Program-made: the position numbers and the translations under genes | In this document: one piece after another, positions 47,701-61,310 of the stretch | Layout of the letters: every line of letters starts with the position of its first letter | How positions within the stretch are numbered: the stretch's first letter is position 1 | The notes under the pieces: model-generated | Database searches by the model: none | What the model saw: only the letters and a program-made list of their open reading frames with translations | What the model was told of the DNA's origin: nothing | From: Azolla caroliniana | Lineage: Eukaryota > Plantae > Polypodiophyta | Reading direction: 5' to 3' | Assembly: GCA_043228905.1 (NCBI GenBank) | Contig: JBHGNT010000014.1 | Span: 186,001-250,000, forward strand | DNA: 64,000 nt

Positions 47701-49735
47701 AAGCCGTATGGCTCAAAAGGATACTCAAGGATCTGGGCGTACCCATCAAGGATCCGACTTCCCTTTACTGCGACAACATGAGCAGTATCTATCTGGCTTG
47801 GAACACGGTGTTCCACGCGTGGACAAAGCACATCGAAGTGCACTATCACTTCATTCGAGAGCGTGTTCTAGTTGGCGATGTCAACCTACAACACATTAGC
47901 ACCAATCTTCAAACAGCTGACATCTTCACTAAAGCCGTAGGAGCCGACAAGCTATGGCAATTCATGACCGATCTCGGATTGACGATACTTGACCTGCCAA
48001 GCTTGAGGGGGAGTACTGAAGACATTACGCAATAACGCGTGGATTCCGCAAACCACACACACTACGCAATAACACGTGGATTATGCAACCGCGCAACGAA
48101 GCCGCGAAGAGCCGATCTACCGCGCAAAGCCGCAAAGAAAGATGCAAGCCGAAGCATAGACTTCGCAACTACGCACAACGCAAGCTGGAGCACGGATTTT
48201 GCAACTATGCATAAATGTGAGTCGACGCGAACTTCGGAATGCGAGTCGAAGTGGATTTCGGATACCGCCTGAAACCGACCTGACTTGAGCTTGAGGGGGC
48301 GTGTTGAGAATCAAGCTCAACTTGGTCTAGTGTGTGAACTCACCTTGAGAGTGAATAGACACTCCAATGGTCAAGAATCACCATTATGTCACCTCTTTGT
48401 ATTCTAGCATTTAGTATGAGTCATAGAATCATATTCTATGACACATAACTTATGAGCTTTCACATTCCCCATGCTCCATGAGTCTTGTAGTTAATGAAGA
48501 GAGAGGGTGACTATATAAAGCACCCTCCTCCCACCTTGTATTGAGTCAAGTCTTTCTCCTTTGTTAATATACTTTTACCTTGCGTATTCTCTGTGTCTTA
48601 ATCCTTGTCTCTCTCACTCTCTCTATCTCTCTCATACACACACATAACTCACATCTCTTTCGCTTCACAAGAATCATATCTGATTCTTTACGATTACGAA
48701 ATCAAAACGAGTTAAGAATTGCACCCAATGAGCTTGTCGATGACTCAAGACTCGAGCACTTTGGAAGTACGTTAGATTTTTGTGATCATTATAGACAATG
48801 ATTTGTTGAGACAAACCCTCCAAAAAGTGACGCCATTGTTGAAAAGAATCCACAATGGCAAGAAGCTCTTTGTCATGAATCTCATAGTTGATTTCGTCAG
48901 CTTCGAATTTCCGTAAAGGAAAAGCCATAGGGTGCAATTGGCCATCATTGCTAATCTGGGATAATACACTTCCTAGTGCAATGTCGGATGCATAAGCGTC
49001 GAGTATAAAGCACTTCAATGGATCTCAATGGATCAACATGCATCAAATTTGGTGCGGATGTAAATGCTTGCTTTAATCCTTCAAATGCAGAGTTTGCATT
49101 TATACTCCACACAAATGGTCGATTCTTCTGTGTCAGTTGAGTGAGGGGCAATACGATCTTTGAATAATCTTTGATGAACTTGCGATAAAAGTTTGCGAAC
49201 CCCAAAACATATTGTACATCTCGCACAGACTGTGGGGTTTACCAATCCAAAACTGTTTGAACCTTTGCTAGATCCATACAGATGCCATGTGGAGAGACTA
49301 TGTACCCCAAAAATTCCACTTCACCCTGGTCGAAACTACACTTCTCCAATTTTGTATAAAGACCATATTCAGGCAACCATTGCAAAGCTTGTCGAACGTG
49401 TATATCATGATCCTCTTTAGTTTTTGAGTAAATTAAGATATCATCCAAGTAAACTGTGACGAAAATATCGAGGAAATCTCGAAAAATGTCATTCGCCATA
49501 TGTTGGAAAACTGTTGGTGCATTTGTGAGACCAAATGGCATCATTGTATACTCAAAATGGCCATAGCGAGTACGGAAAGCAGTCTTCCATTCATCCCCAC
49601 GACGAATTCGAACAAGGTTGTAAGCACCTCGAAGATCTAACTTTGTGAAATATTTAGCTCCACTGAGGCGTTCCAAAAGGCTTGAAATCAATGGTAGAGC
49701 ATATCAATTTCGAATAGTTACTTTATTCAATCCGT

Positions 49736-52700
49736 TGTCGATTTGTTACGCTCTTCGCATGTGGAAAGAGGTGGGACCACAGGGGCCTTGAACCAAGGAA
49801 TGTGAGAAAGAAGAGAGAGAGCAGCTTGCAGAATCACAGAGGGAGAAAGAGAGAACAAAGTCTTGATTACAAAATCAACAACAATTACAACCGGCAAGCC
49901 GGCAACGGACCCAACTCAGACGAACACACACACACACACTATGCTCACGCACGCACACAACCCAACTGCACAGTGGAGCCTTTGCCGGAAGCACACGGGC
50001 TGTCCACGAAGCAGAGGCAACACTGGCTGAAATCCTGCAGAGGAAGACGAACGATGGAGAAGAGAGCTTCGTCCCTGCTCCGACAACACTTCCCCCTTGC
50101 TCCCCAAAACGCAACACTATTATCCGCCTTCTTCCTTCCCTTTTGGAGGGCGTTGAGGCCGGCCGTTGCACCCTCGTTTTCCTCAATTTATTCTCTGTCC
50201 TTCCAGACAGAGATACTCTTCGATTTCCACGACATTTAGTATGTCACATCTCGTCTATTTTACACCCACCGTCCTACTCCTAGTTATGTGCAAGGTATTA
50301 GTTAGTTTGAAAAAGTGTAGGGCTGGTTCACGTGACCCGCTTTTGCCAATTCCGCTTCTGGCCGGTTTTCTTCACGACATCCACCCCCACCAAACCACGC
50401 ATCCACTGGTATGCGCCGGAGAGGGAAAGATACCGGAGAAAACCGGCTCGCGTTCACTCGTCGCCCCCCGAATTATCGGCGTCCCCGAACCGATCGTCGT
50501 CGTTATCGCTCCCCCACTCCGGCCCGTCTTCATACCGCTTCTTGAACGCTTTAATCCGCTTCCCGGCTATCGGCACCGCCAATCGTGTCCCGTCGAGCTC
50601 CGCAAGATGGTACATGCCGTTGTCGTTCGTGCTCGTCACCATGTAAGGCCCAAACCATCTCCTCGCGAATTTGCGGGCCGCCTTGTGCTGGTTGTCGAGG
50701 CTGTTGTCGTAAACTAGCACCCAGTCGCCTTCCTCGATCTTCTTCGGTCGTAGCCGGTGCGTCCGGTTGAACCGGGTTTTGTTCCGTTCCCTTGCCGCGC
50801 GCAGCTTCTCCTTCACCCGTTCCACGTCCTCCGGCCTCCGCTCAAGTTGTCGGATTCGCGCCGCCAACAACTCTTCCCGGCTCATTTCGTCCTTCCAGCC
50901 CGTCGTGGCCCACGAAGAAATCGTCCGTTCCACCAACATGATTGGCTTTTGCCCGTACATTAGTTCCGCCGGCATGAACCCCGTTACCGAACTGTGCGTA
51001 GTCCAGTCCGCCCACAACGCATAGGGTAAGAGTCGCCGCCAATTTCCAACTTGGCCTCCACACGCCCGTACTAACTCTTTGACAATCGGTCCGTGTCCGC
51101 GTTCCACCTTCCTGTTAGCCTTCGGATTGTACGCCGTGGTGAGCGAGAGTTTAACCCCTAGCCGGTCAAACAACTCTTCAGCCTCTTGCGCGTCTAGTTC
51201 TCCGCGGTCGGCCATGATCTTGCCGACGCACCCGTACCAACATACCACATCTTCGATTAGAAACCGGCACATGGCCGCAGTCGTTTTGTTCTGCAACGCT
51301 CGGCCTTCCACCTGGTTCGTCAGGTCCTCCCGAGCCAACACCAAATATCGCATCTGCCCTACCCCCATCGACATCGTCACCAGATCCACCATCCACTTGA
51401 AGTGGACGATCGGAGGGTAGGTCGGGTGAAGCTCGTCTCGATGTCAGACTATGGAGTGCATCTAACAGCTTTCCCTTCAACTTCTCAAACCGATGCACGT
51501 CCCGGTATAGTCCCGGCCACCAGTACTTCCCCTTCAACTTCTCAAATGTGGCCCATGTCCCGCGGTGTCCGGCCCAAGGACTCTCGTGGTACACCATAAG
51601 CAGCGCTTTCTGCTCGTCCTCCCGTGCCACTACGCGGAGTGGGGTGCCGCTTCGCTTCTTCGGGTACTTCCATATGCGCCCTTCCCGTAGGAAGAACTGG
51701 TACGCCTTCTTCCGCACCTGGCGGGCCTCTTCTCTCGTACATGCCGCGTCCGGCGTGATCGTCCATAGGAAACTCCCGATTCAGAGCCACTCTCCGTCGT
51801 ATTCGCTCTCGTCGAACTCGTTAGGTGCCGAAGTGCTCCCCTTTCTTGTTGTTACGTAGGCCGCCTCGAAGAAGTCCACGCCGACTTCCTCGTTATCCGA
51901 AACCATGCCGTCCTCGTCGCTAAACCGCGCCCTTGAAAGCATATCGGCCATGACGTTATCCTTCCCGAAGATGTGCCGTATCTCCGGGTTCATGGACTTG
52001 ACGTACGCGATCCACCTAAGCATCGCCAGGTCCCGAGTCGCGCATCCGGAAACCATACCCAGAATCGATAGGCAGTCTGTCTCGATGATTACTTCCATCT
52101 CGATCAGATAGTCTTTGTCGGCCTTAATTGCCAAAACGATACCCCATAGCTCGTGCTTAACTTGGGCGTATCCTCGCTGCCGCTCGCTCAATACCTTCGC
52201 CCCAAACCGGATCGGGAACCGTACGCCGTCCTTGTCCTCCTGAATAAATCACCAACCCGATCCCGGTCGGGCTCGTGTCCACCGTCACGTAGATGGGGAC
52301 TTCCTTGCCGTAAACCGCTTTCCAGAGAGCCAGTGCCGCGGCGAGCGCCTCCTTCAATCTCCGGACCGACTCTGTGTGCTCTGTCCTCTACTCAAACCTA
52401 CGCCCTTTCTTCAATAGCCCGTAGAGCGGTTCCGCAACATGTGCGTAGTGCGGAATCCAGATGTGATAAAACGCGCACGCACCCAAGAATCTACGGACCT
52501 CCGTAACCAACCCGAAATCGTCCTTCATCACGGAGATGACTTCTACCTTTGCCGGGGACGGTTTCCGGCCATAGGGCCCGCACAAGTGTCCAACTACCAG
52601 GATCTCCGTTTGCCCGAACGCTGATTTCTCTCCGAAGAAGGTGAGTCGTGCGCTCTCGAGCCTCTGCAGCACCTTATCGCAGTCGTCGATGTGGTTCGCG

Positions 52701-55700
52701 ACGAACCTCTGGCATCTGTCCATGCCGATCGTTTCGTCTGCATCCTCCACCGGACACCCCTTTATCGGTACATTGTCTAGGAACAGCATAGTGATGTCCG
52801 GGATGTAGTCCCTCAGCACCTTTTTCATCGCATTCACCATGTGAGCCACCAAGTTCGTTCCCCCTTGTGATAGGGTACACATCCGAACTAGGCCGAGAGG
52901 AGTCCGCATCATCGTGATGTCCCTGCTCTCTATGGCTAGTTGGAATTGGTCGTACCCCGAGTATAAGTCACCGATCGAATAGATCAACCTTCCGGCGAAG
53001 GCCTCCGCGAACTCGTCTATGGTCGGCCTGATTCCTGCATTACGGATGGTCACCTTGTTGACCGGTTGCAGGTCCTGTATGAAGCGCAACGTGCCATTCT
53101 TCTTTGGCACCGTAAACCACCGATTCAAGTATGGGGCACTCGACGGTTCGAGGATGTCCATATCCACCTTCTGCTTCAGTAGCTCCATCAACATCGGGAT
53201 GTGAGCTCTGGGCACTGGAATCGGTTTGAGATTCCACGGCACATGCGGTACCGTGAAGATCACCATTGGCTCGACGATTGTCGGGTCTACGCACCCGATC
53301 TCCTCCGGCGAGAATGCGAAACCAGTCCTCCTCCTCCGGCAGTAGAAAGCCACCCCCACCAACCTTGAGCCCCCGTAGCGTTATGTCGGTGAACCGGTGC
53401 CCTATGTCGGCTGGATTCCGTAAACTTGGGTCCGACGCGACCCCCTTTAGCCGCTCTCCGCTACCCTCCAACAAGGGTGCCGCAGCTGGCCTCACCTTCT
53501 GGTCCATAGTCTTATACTTCGTATCCACGCGGCCTGTTCAATCCAACCCGATCCTCTCCCCGAAGTCCGTGATGACTTCGTACATTCCCATCGAGCTAAC
53601 CGGAACGGTCCAGTCTTCACTAAGGCCTTCACCGACCACCTTTCGTAATTCGCCCAAGGTGTCATCAAAAGAGACCGCCTCCACGGCGCCGCTAATTTCT
53701 TCGTCGGGGGAGAGAACTCCACACACCCTAAGTCGTCTCTCCGCCCGCTTCCTCTCTTGGCTACTGATGCCGACTAACGTACAACCTCCGTTTTCGGAGA
53801 GCCAAACTTTCCTACCTATATTACATGTGTGGGGTTCTTCCGGGGTGTCTGGACTATCGCGGCCCCACACCTTGATAGCCCTCTCTAAAAATCACCTCGG
53901 TTGTCGCTGCCGAGGGTCTCATGGTTTCGCTCGTGGTTGGGTCGCACTGTCATGAATTGGACGGAATGCCGACCGTCTTGGCTCTTGACGCGCGCATACG
54001 CCGACCCGTTGTCCAGTACTTTCGTCTCCATGCGTGCGGCCGTAATGTACGATTCACCGAGGATTACCGGGTGCGAGGAAGCCTCCTGCACGAAGAAATG
54101 TTGATCTATCTCGACGTCGCCGATCTTCACGCGTACGTTCGGGCACGCACCATGCAGCTCCTCTATAGCGCGCGTCGTCGCACGTATCTTCCACCCGTGC
54201 TTGGTGTTGATCGGCCATTTCCCCTTTTTATATAAGTCCATGGGCATAAGGTTGATCTCCGAACCATGGTCTACCAATGCCACCACCAGCTCCTGGACGT
54301 CCCCAATCCGAACAGGGGTTTCCGTAGTGGTCCTGGCCCAATGCGGCTTAGCGTAGTGGCTTTCCGCCAACTCATCCTCTAGGGCCATGTCTTCTAAGTG
54401 CGTCGTCCGCACTTCCACTGGCCTTTCTGGTTCCGGCTCCATCGAGAGCCTCTTCCGCTTCACCAAGTCCACGATGGAGTTGTGGAACTCCTTCTTGGTG
54501 ATTCCTAGCACCTCCCGTAACGACAGCTCAACCTTGTTGTCGAGAATTCTCTCTTCCAGGACCTTCTGTAGGTCCGTTGTTCGTTCGATTTCGGTGCTCA
54601 GCCGGAAACCGGCCTGCTTCTTCTTCTCCGGTGCGCTGGCATTGGCGGCCTCATTCGGCTTCGGTCTGAACCGGATCTCGTACCGCTGCGAGGGGCCGCC
54701 CCCTCCGGCCTATCCCGCGTGCTTGTCTTCTACTAGAACCTCATGGTTCTGGCATGCGGCTACCATGAAGCCAATCCTTTCTTCCACTGGGTCGTCCCAC
54801 CCGGTAACCTCCCGGATCCGCTGTTTCGCACGGTCTGCCTCTTCCTTCTTTAGTCGTACCCCGGAGAGACCCTCTAGCACCAGTGGCCAGAATCCGGAGT
54901 CCTTCGCTTTTCGGGCCTCATCAACCCCGACCCAAATTCCCGCCGACATCGAGTAGTTAACGACCTCCACATGTCGTGTCGCGGCCTCTTCCATCAACCG
55001 CTTCATTCCGCCACGCCCCGTATTCAACTCTAGGGCTTTCCAAGTCTTGCTCGCGTGCACCCGCCCATTCCAGAGGTACACCACGTTGGTCCTGAGTGCC
55101 TCGGCGAAATCCTCTCATTCTTTCCGGATGTGGCCGACCGTGTCGCACCACATGCACCACTGCCCCGCCGGCGGCCTTTGGTCACGAGACTGTTCGCCGT
55201 TATCCCTTCGAGCCTATGCGATCTGGAGATCTCACACCATTTGTGACAGCTCTTCTAGAGCTGCGCCTCCGGAGGGACCTTTGACCACTCCGCTCAGGGC
55301 GGAGCCCATCTCAAGCCAACCCCGAGTTTCTTCCTTCCTAGCCGGTACCGACACCGGCTCCTCGAGCTCCCTCGCCAAGACCGGCCTTGCTGCTGACGAG
55401 CCCTCGTCGCTCCACTCACGCCGCTTGTTGAAACGACAGCAGACCCTCCTTACCATGGCCCAATCTATCGTGAGCCCTTCATCTGTTTCCAACAGGAGAC
55501 CCACCTTCTCCCGGTCCATGGCGTCCACCGACTTGATGAATAGTAGTACCTGGCTTGTGTCGAGCAGGGTCCGGTCCAGCGTTGACAACCGCGCGAACTA
55601 TTTCTCAAACTCATGGAGGAGCGCCGACGCATTCCTCCCCTTCCGAAGTCTCGGTTCGACAGCTGAAGTGAGTCATCGAACCCATACATCTCGAGGAGCC

Positions 55701-56683
55701 ACAACTCGAACTCCTCCCAAGTCTGCCATCCGACCAGCACCTCGAGCACCTCTGCGTGGATGCTCGACGTCACCACCCGAGGGAATCCGGATAGCCGCCT
55801 GTCCACCGAGATATCCCTCATGATCATTTCGTCTCGGTAGGCCTCCAAGTAGCTCGTGGCATTCTTCCCACCGAATCGACCTATGGTGCCGACGATCGAC
55901 TCAATGGCCTTGTCGAGGGCACCCGTTCCCTTGCGAGCGCTCACTAGCCAGTCGACAACTACGGCCATAACTTCAACAAGCTCAGATCCCCTCATCCTTC
56001 ACTCCTTTGCCGCCTGTTTCACGTCAAGTTCACCAAATATGTCGAGTTGTTACGCTCTTCGAGTGTGGAAAGAGGCGGGACCGCAGGGGCCTTCAACCAA
56101 GGAACGTGAGAAAGAAGAGAGAGAGAGCAGCTTGCAGAATCACAGAGGGAGAAAGAGAGAACAAAGTCTTGATTACAAAATCAACAACGATTACAACCGG
56201 CAAGCCAGCAACGGACCCAACTCAAACGAACACACACACACACTATGCTCACGCACGCACACAACCCGACTGCATAGTGGAGCCTTTGCCGGAAGCACAC
56301 GGGCTGTCCACGAAGTAGAGGCAACTCAGGCTAAAATCCTGCAGAGGAAGACGAACGATGGAGAAGAGAGCTCCGTCCCCGGTCCGACAACACTTCCCCC
56401 TTGCTCCCCAAAACGCGATACTATTATCCGCCTTCTTCCTTCCCTTTTGTAGGCCGTCGAGGCCGACCGTTGCACCCTCGTTTTCCTCAATTTATTCTTC
56501 GTGCTTCCGGACAAAGATACTCTTCGATTTCCTAGACATTCAGTGCGTCACATCTCGTCTATTTTACACCCACCGTCCTACTCCTAGTTATGTGCAAGGT
56601 ATTAGTTGGTGTGAAAAAGTGTAGGGCCAGTTCACGCGCCCCGCTTTTGCCGATTCTGCTTCTGGCCGGTTTTCTTCACGACA
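49736..56683 (-). mobile_element. Older tRNA-Trp-primed Gypsy element E; LTRs 56040-56683 and 49736-50379
   Basis: TSD CCGT/CCGC, decayed PBS TGGTGAACTTGACGTGA, gag-PR / RT-RH-INT collinear with D; the LTR pair is visibly diverged. Confidence 0.93.
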
Positions 56684-59253
56684 CCGCGATAATCCACAAC
56701 CAAACGAAGCGAACCATCTTTCTTCTTAACGAAAAATATGGGTGTGCCGGCAGGAGATCTTGAATGATGGATAAACCCATTCGCCAAGTTCTCATCGATA
56801 TATTCCCGAAGAACCTCTAGCTTCATGGGCGAAAGGTTATAAATTGGCGCCCATGGAGGCTCTTTTCCGGGCTGCAAATCAATCGGGCAATCATATGGTC
56901 GATGCTCTCGTAGTCTATTGGACTTCACCTTATCAAACACATCGGAGATTTCTATATATTTATTTGGTAGTTGGACCCCCGATTCTTGTGAGCTCGATGC
57001 AAGAGTTGCTAAAACTGTGAACACGAACATGTCTTCCTTCCGTCCTTCTTCGCGTAACTGATGTATAGATATTGTCGAAATCTTTTGGAAGGTTATATCC
57101 TTTGTTGGACTTTTAAGAGACTCAGATTGTATTATGACCTCTTCAATGGTTCTTTTTCTCCAATCAATAGTTGGGTTATGTAGCTCAAACCATGGAAGAC
57201 CAAGAACTAGGGAGTGCTCTGGACTACTAATGATGTTGAATGAGATGACACTAACCAAATTGCCTAGGACTACACGAATTGGTTCAAACTCTTCAACTAT
57301 ATCACCTGATGCTATGGGGCGTCCATCAATGACTCCGACAGACATTGGGTTTGGGAGCTTATGCAACTAAATATTATTCATTACAGCGAACTCACGATCC
57401 ATGAAACAAGAGTTGGCTCCAGAGTCTAAGATGGCAGAAGCTGGGACTCGATGGCACCTACATGTGTTAAGCTCAACTTGAGCAGAGAAAACTCGACTAG
57501 CTTGACTAGATGAAATGGAACCACAACTAGGGACGGACGTTATATGCCTAGGGCTGTCCAACCAAATGGCTCCGATTTTGGCCGGACTTACTCGTTTAAC
57601 ACATCATCTAATTGGCTCAAGACATCAAAGGAATTTTTATGACAAGGGCTACTAGGCCTGCTTGGGTTACAAGAAGGTGGTGCAGAAATTGAAATGGGAT
57701 TTTCATGAGCACTTACTTGGTTAACTTGTCGTCTTGGTTTATGTGGACAAGTCATCGCAATATGCCCTGGACCACCACAATAGAGGCATAAACGATTTGT
57801 TCGACGTCGTTGCTTTTCAGCATCCGATAATGGTCCTTGACGTCGTGTTGTCTCGATTTCCATTGGAGTAGGGCCTTCCACATAACTTGACTTTGATACT
57901 TGGGGTGGAGTTGCGACGACCGAAGCCTATGTTTCTGTTGGTTGGAAGCGTAACATTTGTTGACGCTCAGAGCGTCGCTCAAATAAGCGATTGTCACATC
58001 GCACGACCTGACTTATTGATTCAATAAGAGATTTTGGATCATCATGGAAGGTAAGAAGTAAATCCCTCACATCATTGCGCAAACCTTGACGAAATTGGTC
58101 CATTGACGCCGCCTCGTCCCATGGAATATCACATGTTAGAAGGCGAAAATCTGCAGCATAAGCGGAAGCAGGACGATCTCCTTGTCGTAATCGCCGAATT
58201 TTGTTTACTGTAGTTCTCATACTATCGGTGTCTCCAAAGTTGGCTTGGAACTCATTGACAAGGGTGAGTGCTTCTCTAGAAGTGGTGCAAACCACGCTAA
58301 TGCGGTACCCGTTAATAAGGTACCAACTAGTCCCACGCGAGCAACATTAGTTGGATAATAGCTAGGATGCAATTTAATCACAAAGTCGTACCTGATTTAG
58401 AAATCCACGAAATTGAGACCTTGTACCATCAAACTTGGCCGATAGACTAATCTTTGGTTCTTTCAACGAGGTTTGAACTTCTACCGCTTATCGTTGCAAT
58501 AGAATAGCCTCTAATTGATGCACCCGTTGAGATAACTCTTCAAATTGTTGTACCTTCTCAGCACTTACTTGTAGGTCGCCTAACAATCTATGATTTTGTT
58601 GCTCTAGGGCCACGAATTTGGTCGATAACATATTGAGTTCGGAGAGAACGCGCATATATTCTTGCTTGTTGATGGATTCCATAGCTACGAGAGAGATTTG
58701 CTAGATTCGCTTGAATAAGTTTAAGAGAAGAAGGAGAAGAAATTGGAGAATAAGAAAAGAAGATTTCGGTTTAAACTATCGAGACTCAAGAGAGAGAGAG
58801 AGAGAGAGAGAGAAGAGAAGAAATGAAAATGAGATTATATTATGAAGAAACAAGGTTACAAAGAGTAGGCTAAGGGCTAAAGACTGGCATTGAACCGAAT
58901 GAGTTATGATGAATAAATAGACACATATTTATAGGTCCTTATGGAGTATTCTAGAATGTTCTAGAATATATTAGATATTTATGATATTTAATGTAATCAT
59001 GGAATATCCTAGAATGTTCTAGAATACTCTAAATATTTTGTAATAACTAATAATATATTTATTATAACTATACATCATATATGTTGTTATAATGGTTAAA
59101 GGTCTAATATATAAACCAAGACGTCGTGGGCTCGAATCCTTATAAGGCCAAAATGTATGTCTTTATGATACTTGGGTCAGAACCTCTTCCTCATCTGACT
59201 CTTCTTCTACCATAGGAGAGTCACTTTGTGGTGCTTTACCTTGGAGTCACTAC

Positions 59254-59359
59254 TGTCTGCTCAAACTCCACTTGCTTTGAAGTACCCTCCTCTTACATTG
59301 TAGATTATTGTCTGCTCAAACTCCACTTGCTTCAGAGTACCCTCCTCTTGCATTGTAGA
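59254..59359 (+). repeat. Two-copy ~55-bp tandem duplication
   Basis: TGTCTGCTCAAACTCCACTTGCTT..AGTACCCTCCTCTT.CATTGTAGA occurs twice. Confidence 0.8.
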
Positions 59360-60023
59360 ATAATCTGGTTTTCCTAGACTTACCTTGTTCAACTCTCTTT
59401 TAATATCAAAACAATAAAAGAGGAATTTATAGACCCTATGTGTAAATCTATAGACATCAACATCCCATATAAAGCTTAATCGGGTTGGGCCAAATTGGTT
59501 CCCAAACTGATTAAGCCTTAACCAATTTAGGGATTGGTTCGGTCCAGATTTGAGAACCCCAAAACCAATCTAGGCTTAACCTTGCTTGGCTTAGTTTGGC
59601 TTGGATAAGGTCAAACTCGTTAAGCCTAAACCGAACCGTTGGTGATTCCTAATATTGAGCTTATAAGATATTATAATTGCATTGGTCTTACATTCAACAA
59701 TTTCGAGATAACTGCATATTATGGCTATTGAATCTCAAGTCTGAAAGGGAAAGTGTCCAAGAGAGATTCTAGATTTTTAAGTCTATGAAAACTAAGAAGT
59801 TGAGTAAGAGACATGTCACACTTTGTTTTAATAGTTTTTATGTTGACTTTTGAAACATATGGGCAAGCATATTTCCTTATTTAAGTATGTGTAAACTAAG
59901 AAATGAAGAAAAGAGTCATGACCCACTATGTTTTAATAGCTTTATGTTGACTTTTGAAGTCTACGGGCAAACATGTTTCTTTATCCTCATAATTTATAAA
60001 TGGAGGGGGTTCATAATAATTTG

Positions 60024-60377
60024 TAATGCTATCTTATATCTAAAAACTTCAATCTCCCTCAATATTACATATTCTTTTTTTTAGTTAGAAAGAAAACTCC
60101 AATATATTTTAACTTTTTGCCTAATTAGTTAGAGAGAAGGTCAAAAGTTTTGTGCAACTCCAAATTGAGCTATCATTTGGTGTTTGTACCAGAAACATCA
60201 AATGCTATCTTACATCTAAAAACTTCGATCTCCCTCAACATTACATCTTTGCTTTTTTAGTTATAGAGAGAAAACTCTAATATATCCTAACTTTTTACCC
60301 AATTGGTTAGAGAGAAGGTCAAAAGTTTTGCGCAACTCCAAATTGAGCTATCATTTGGTGCTTGTACCAGAAACATG
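60024..60377 (+). repeat. Two-copy ~177-bp tandem duplication upstream of the gene
   Basis: AATGCTATCTTA...GAAGGTCAAAAGTTTTG...GTACCAGAAACAT occurs twice. Confidence 0.8.
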
Positions 60378-60769
60378 CACACAAAGATGTATATTTGTGA
60401 TGATAGATTGATAGATACGTCCAAAGAAAGGTTTTGGCAGCATTTGCTAATTTGCTCTACATCACCAACTTTGATAGATAAGTATATACTTCCAAAGAAA
60501 GGATGGGGTGTGTGTGTGTGTGTGTGTTGTTTAGGTTGTTGGTTATAGCGGATTGAATTGCATATTGCATGCATATTTGATAGCTAGAGGTTATGTGAGT
60601 TTCTCATGTTCCTGTTCCTACTCCTACTCCTCCTCCTCTGTAAGAGGGGACATGAACGAAGGTGGGTGGTGTGTCCTGATCATAACATCACTGTCACGAC
60701 TCACGACTTTCGCTCAATTCAAATTTTCTTCTCTTTGGGAGTGGGGCTTAAAACTTTAGAGAAGTAATA

Positions 60770-60775
60770 GATAGA

Positions 60776-60811
<36 letters not shown>

Positions 60812-60947
60812 TATATATACATACATACATTACATACATACATACATACATATATATATATAAAATATATATATACTGTTGCTTCTTCCTTTCTTTCTCT
60901 TCTTTGAGAGAGATGGGGGTGAAGAGAGGTTTTAGAAAGACAGAGAA

Positions 60948-60997
<50 letters not shown>

Positions 60998-61230
60998 GTT
61001 AGAGAGAGAAAGTTCTCTCTCGCTGACTGAGCTGCCGCGACAGAGCAGGAGCCGCGTTGTTTAATCGGCCAGGTCAAATGGCCAGGTCAGACGCGCCTGT
61101 CTCTTCTGTGCTTCTGCTGCTTCTCTCTGCCTCTCTGCCTCTGTGCTTCTGCTGAGATGAGATGAGATGAGATGAGATGAGATGAGATGAGAGCAGATTA
61201 AACACAGAACAGAACAGAACAGAACAGAGA
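60770..61230. repeat. Microsatellite cluster (TACA)n/(TA)n, (CT)n, (GAGAT)n, (ACAGA)n in the promoter/5' leader region
   Basis: Directly visible at ~60775-60875, 60952-60994, 61154-61190 and 61203-61229. Confidence 0.95.
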
Positions 61231-61310
61231 ACATCATTAATTCTTCCATTTCTCCTTCCTTCCTTCCTGCTTTATAAATTATTACGTAACTCTTTCATCT
61301 CCTCCCATCT

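Larger units (their letters stand above)
24752..48692 (+). mobile_element. Ty1/Copia element Copia-2 (related to Copia-1), LTRs 24752-25141 and 48302-48692, interrupted by elements F and D
   Basis: Matching ~390-bp LTRs, TSD ATTAT/ATTAC, PBS TGGTATCAGAG at 25142, PPT TTGAGGGGG at 48291; coding pieces 25308-26525, 32029-33296 and 46504-48035. Confidence 0.93.
20115..59170 (-). mobile_element. Old self-priming (Tcn1/Tf1-like) Gypsy element H, host of the main nest; 5' LTR 58777-59170, 3' end lost
   Basis: gag 58682-57588; pol pieces 57561-56684, 49735-48693, 24751-24225 and 20259-20115 join across TSD-flanked insertions; LTR ends decayed to TA..TA. Confidence 0.85.

Noticed and set aside
49802-50717. 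ORFs in and next to the E LTRs (also 4776, 9042, 33372, 45929) as env-like extra genes
   Set aside because: They lie within LTRs or antisense to integrase, recur only because the LTRs repeat, and show no coding signature
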